A DNA stretch of 64,000 nt from Takakia lepidozioides. Lineage: Eukaryota; Plantae; Bryophyta. Positions within the stretch are counted from its first letter, which is position 1. Every line of letters begins with the position of its first letter. The DNA is taken from assembly GCA_030704615.1 (NCBI GenBank), contig CM060732.1, forward strand, positions 34,348,001 to 34,412,000, given 5' to 3'. The translations under genes were made by a program, and so were the position numbers. Below the pieces are notes generated by a model. It worked only from the letters and a program-made list of their open reading frames with translations. It did not search any database and was not told where the DNA came from. This document shows positions 62,230 through 64,000 of the stretch, one piece after another.

Positions 62230-62630
62230 GTGCAAGTGTTATTTGTTAACAAATGCTTACCCCCCTCTTCATTGTTTTGCCCTTAATAAATGTTAAGTGC
62301 ACCATAAAGGCTATGACATATGCTCAAGCTAGCTTGAGATAAGCTCCATAATTAAGTTCTAGTTAAGTTAATATTGATTACATCCTAAAACATCACCAAT
62401 CATAGGATCATAAGGTAATACTAACGCGATTATAAATTAATACAATACAGCAAAATATATGTTTAGCGTTTGTAGACTTGAGATGGAGGTTGTTTTTGAG
62501 AGACACAATCGCCTATGTGCTAGTTGTACCTACATCGGTGTTTTCGAAAGTATATGGTATTGAGATTATGACTCTAACTGCTCGTGTAAAAGAATTGGAT
62601 GTTGTGTAAGTGTCATCTTGTAAATGTTTT

Positions 62631-62752
62631 TGGGCGGTGTCCCATGTGAAAGCCTTCAGGGCGAGGTTACCGTGTGAAAGAGGTCATATTCTCCTCTCAC
62701 TAAAATTAGGGGGCCTGATTATGAGCTGTCGCTCCCAGGTGTTTCCTTTTTT
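62631..62752 (+). mobile_element. 3' half of SINE family A
   Basis: TGGGCGGTGTCCCA...TTCTCCTCTCACTA...GTCGCTCCCAGGTGTTTCC matches the reverse complement of 13285-13395. Confidence 0.78.
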
Positions 62753-64000
62753 AAAGGAAAAACAAATGTTAATGTTCTTTATTACGACCTCCCTAAATGA
62801 TAATGTGTTAACTTTGTCTAAATGTTAAAATTTTCTTATTCCCGCCGTTAACATTTTATCCAAGTGCAGGCGTGAGCACAAAAACACGGCAATAGGGTAC
62901 ACATGTTTTCACGGAAATAGAATTCATGCGAATATGGTTCCAGAATATCGAAAAAGTTAGTTGTGTGCCCATTTATGTGCCTATCTCTCTTCCTATTTTG
63001 TCCCTAATTATGTCCCTAAACCCTACAGCCTAATTAAAATAGGCATTCGTAATGTATATCTTCAAGCTTCAAAATTCACATATCTACAGGTTTGGTATCC
63101 TACAAAAGAATAACACATTAGGGAAAAACAATGTTACAGTAACCAACACCATCCAAATCACACAAATATCAAACAATACTTGAACAATTTAATATAATGA
63201 GACAAACAACGGGTTTTGGTAGCGAAGTAAATCAAGGTATCGGGTTTCGCAAGCGCAATAATATATTTCGTCAGCAAAATTTCTAGGTATCGATTCGTAC
63301 GTCATTATCCAATGGTTTCATGGGCGAAACAAAATGTGTTGTGTTTGATTTTGCATATAAGAGCATGCCCAGCAAGCGCTCTATCTGGCGTGCTATCATC
63401 AACATAGCGCGGCCGTCCAGATCGCACATCCCCAGCAGCACCTTCACGCGCTTCAACATGGTGAGCCTCACCAAAAATCCTTACACTTCCGCGCTATCTT
63501 CCTGCCCTTTGGTGTGTGGCATTCGTAGGTATATACATATACGGTCATTTTTAGTGAACGACTATTTGTAAGTGGGCAGCCTTATGTTTTTTCTAAGAAA
63601 TAATAGTTTTTCTTTTTTAAGAATAGTTTTCGGGAGTTGAAAAATGCACATTGTAGGAAGTTAAGGGTTTAGTGGTATTTATAATCGTTGCGGTCTGAAA
63701 TTCTGGTTATTTTTATTTTTATTTCCCTTCTAAGTACTCTTTTACGGTTAGAGCATCCCCACCCTACAGTGAACCCAACACACCAACGGAGTACAACGGT
63801 ATACATTTTCGAGGTGGGCGGAAAACGTCCACACCTTTGCCCACGAACCCTATATCCCATAAAGGGCAGGCACTATACATATCTCCGTGCCCTAAACCAA
63901 AGCGCAGTATACAGGGCTGAACCTGCCCCTGAAACCAAATCAGCGTGACCATGACCATGACAGAGCGCGTGTCAGCAGTTTGGCTGCGACCATGTCCCCT

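Noticed and set aside
63283-63571. GC-richer patch with ORFs on both strands
   Set aside because: No recognisable homology and too short to support a call.

Overview
Nuclear DNA from a land plant. The PLS-class PPR style, intron sizes and Crinkler-like gene suggest a seed-free plant (bryophyte or lycophyte grade), but the species cannot be determined from the window. I reconstructed spliced gene models by hand. Apparently intact genes: a dienelactone-hydrolase-family gene (-, 7 exons), organellar aspartyl-tRNA synthetase (+, 15 exons), a Crinkler/CR-effector-like REase-kinase (+, 2 exons), an FNR-like FAD/NAD(P) oxidoreductase (-, 6 exons) and PRP38A (+, 8 exons). Damaged or doubtful genes: a PLS-E PPR RNA-editing factor, a CYP77/89-like P450 pseudogene plus an inverted 5' duplicate, two permuted DNA primase small-subunit fragments, a Mal d 1/Fra a 1-associated protein gene with an in-frame stop, a KxDL (KXD1) gene with a rearranged exon, and an F-box pseudogene split by a solo LTR. 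Repeats include hAT-type MITEs with 8-bp TSDs, two tRNA-derived SINE families, an L1-like LINE 3' part and Ty3/gypsy relics. Two observations stand out. (1) A ~9-kb block holding the Crinkler-like gene and the primase fragments lies between the two halves of a split inverted duplicate of the P450 5' region. (2) Many introns have reversed compositional polarity (C/T-rich after the donor, G-rich before the acceptor), with weak donors and two identical AG|GCCAGT GC-AG donors. All identifications rest on motif recall and by-eye alignment; no searches were run.
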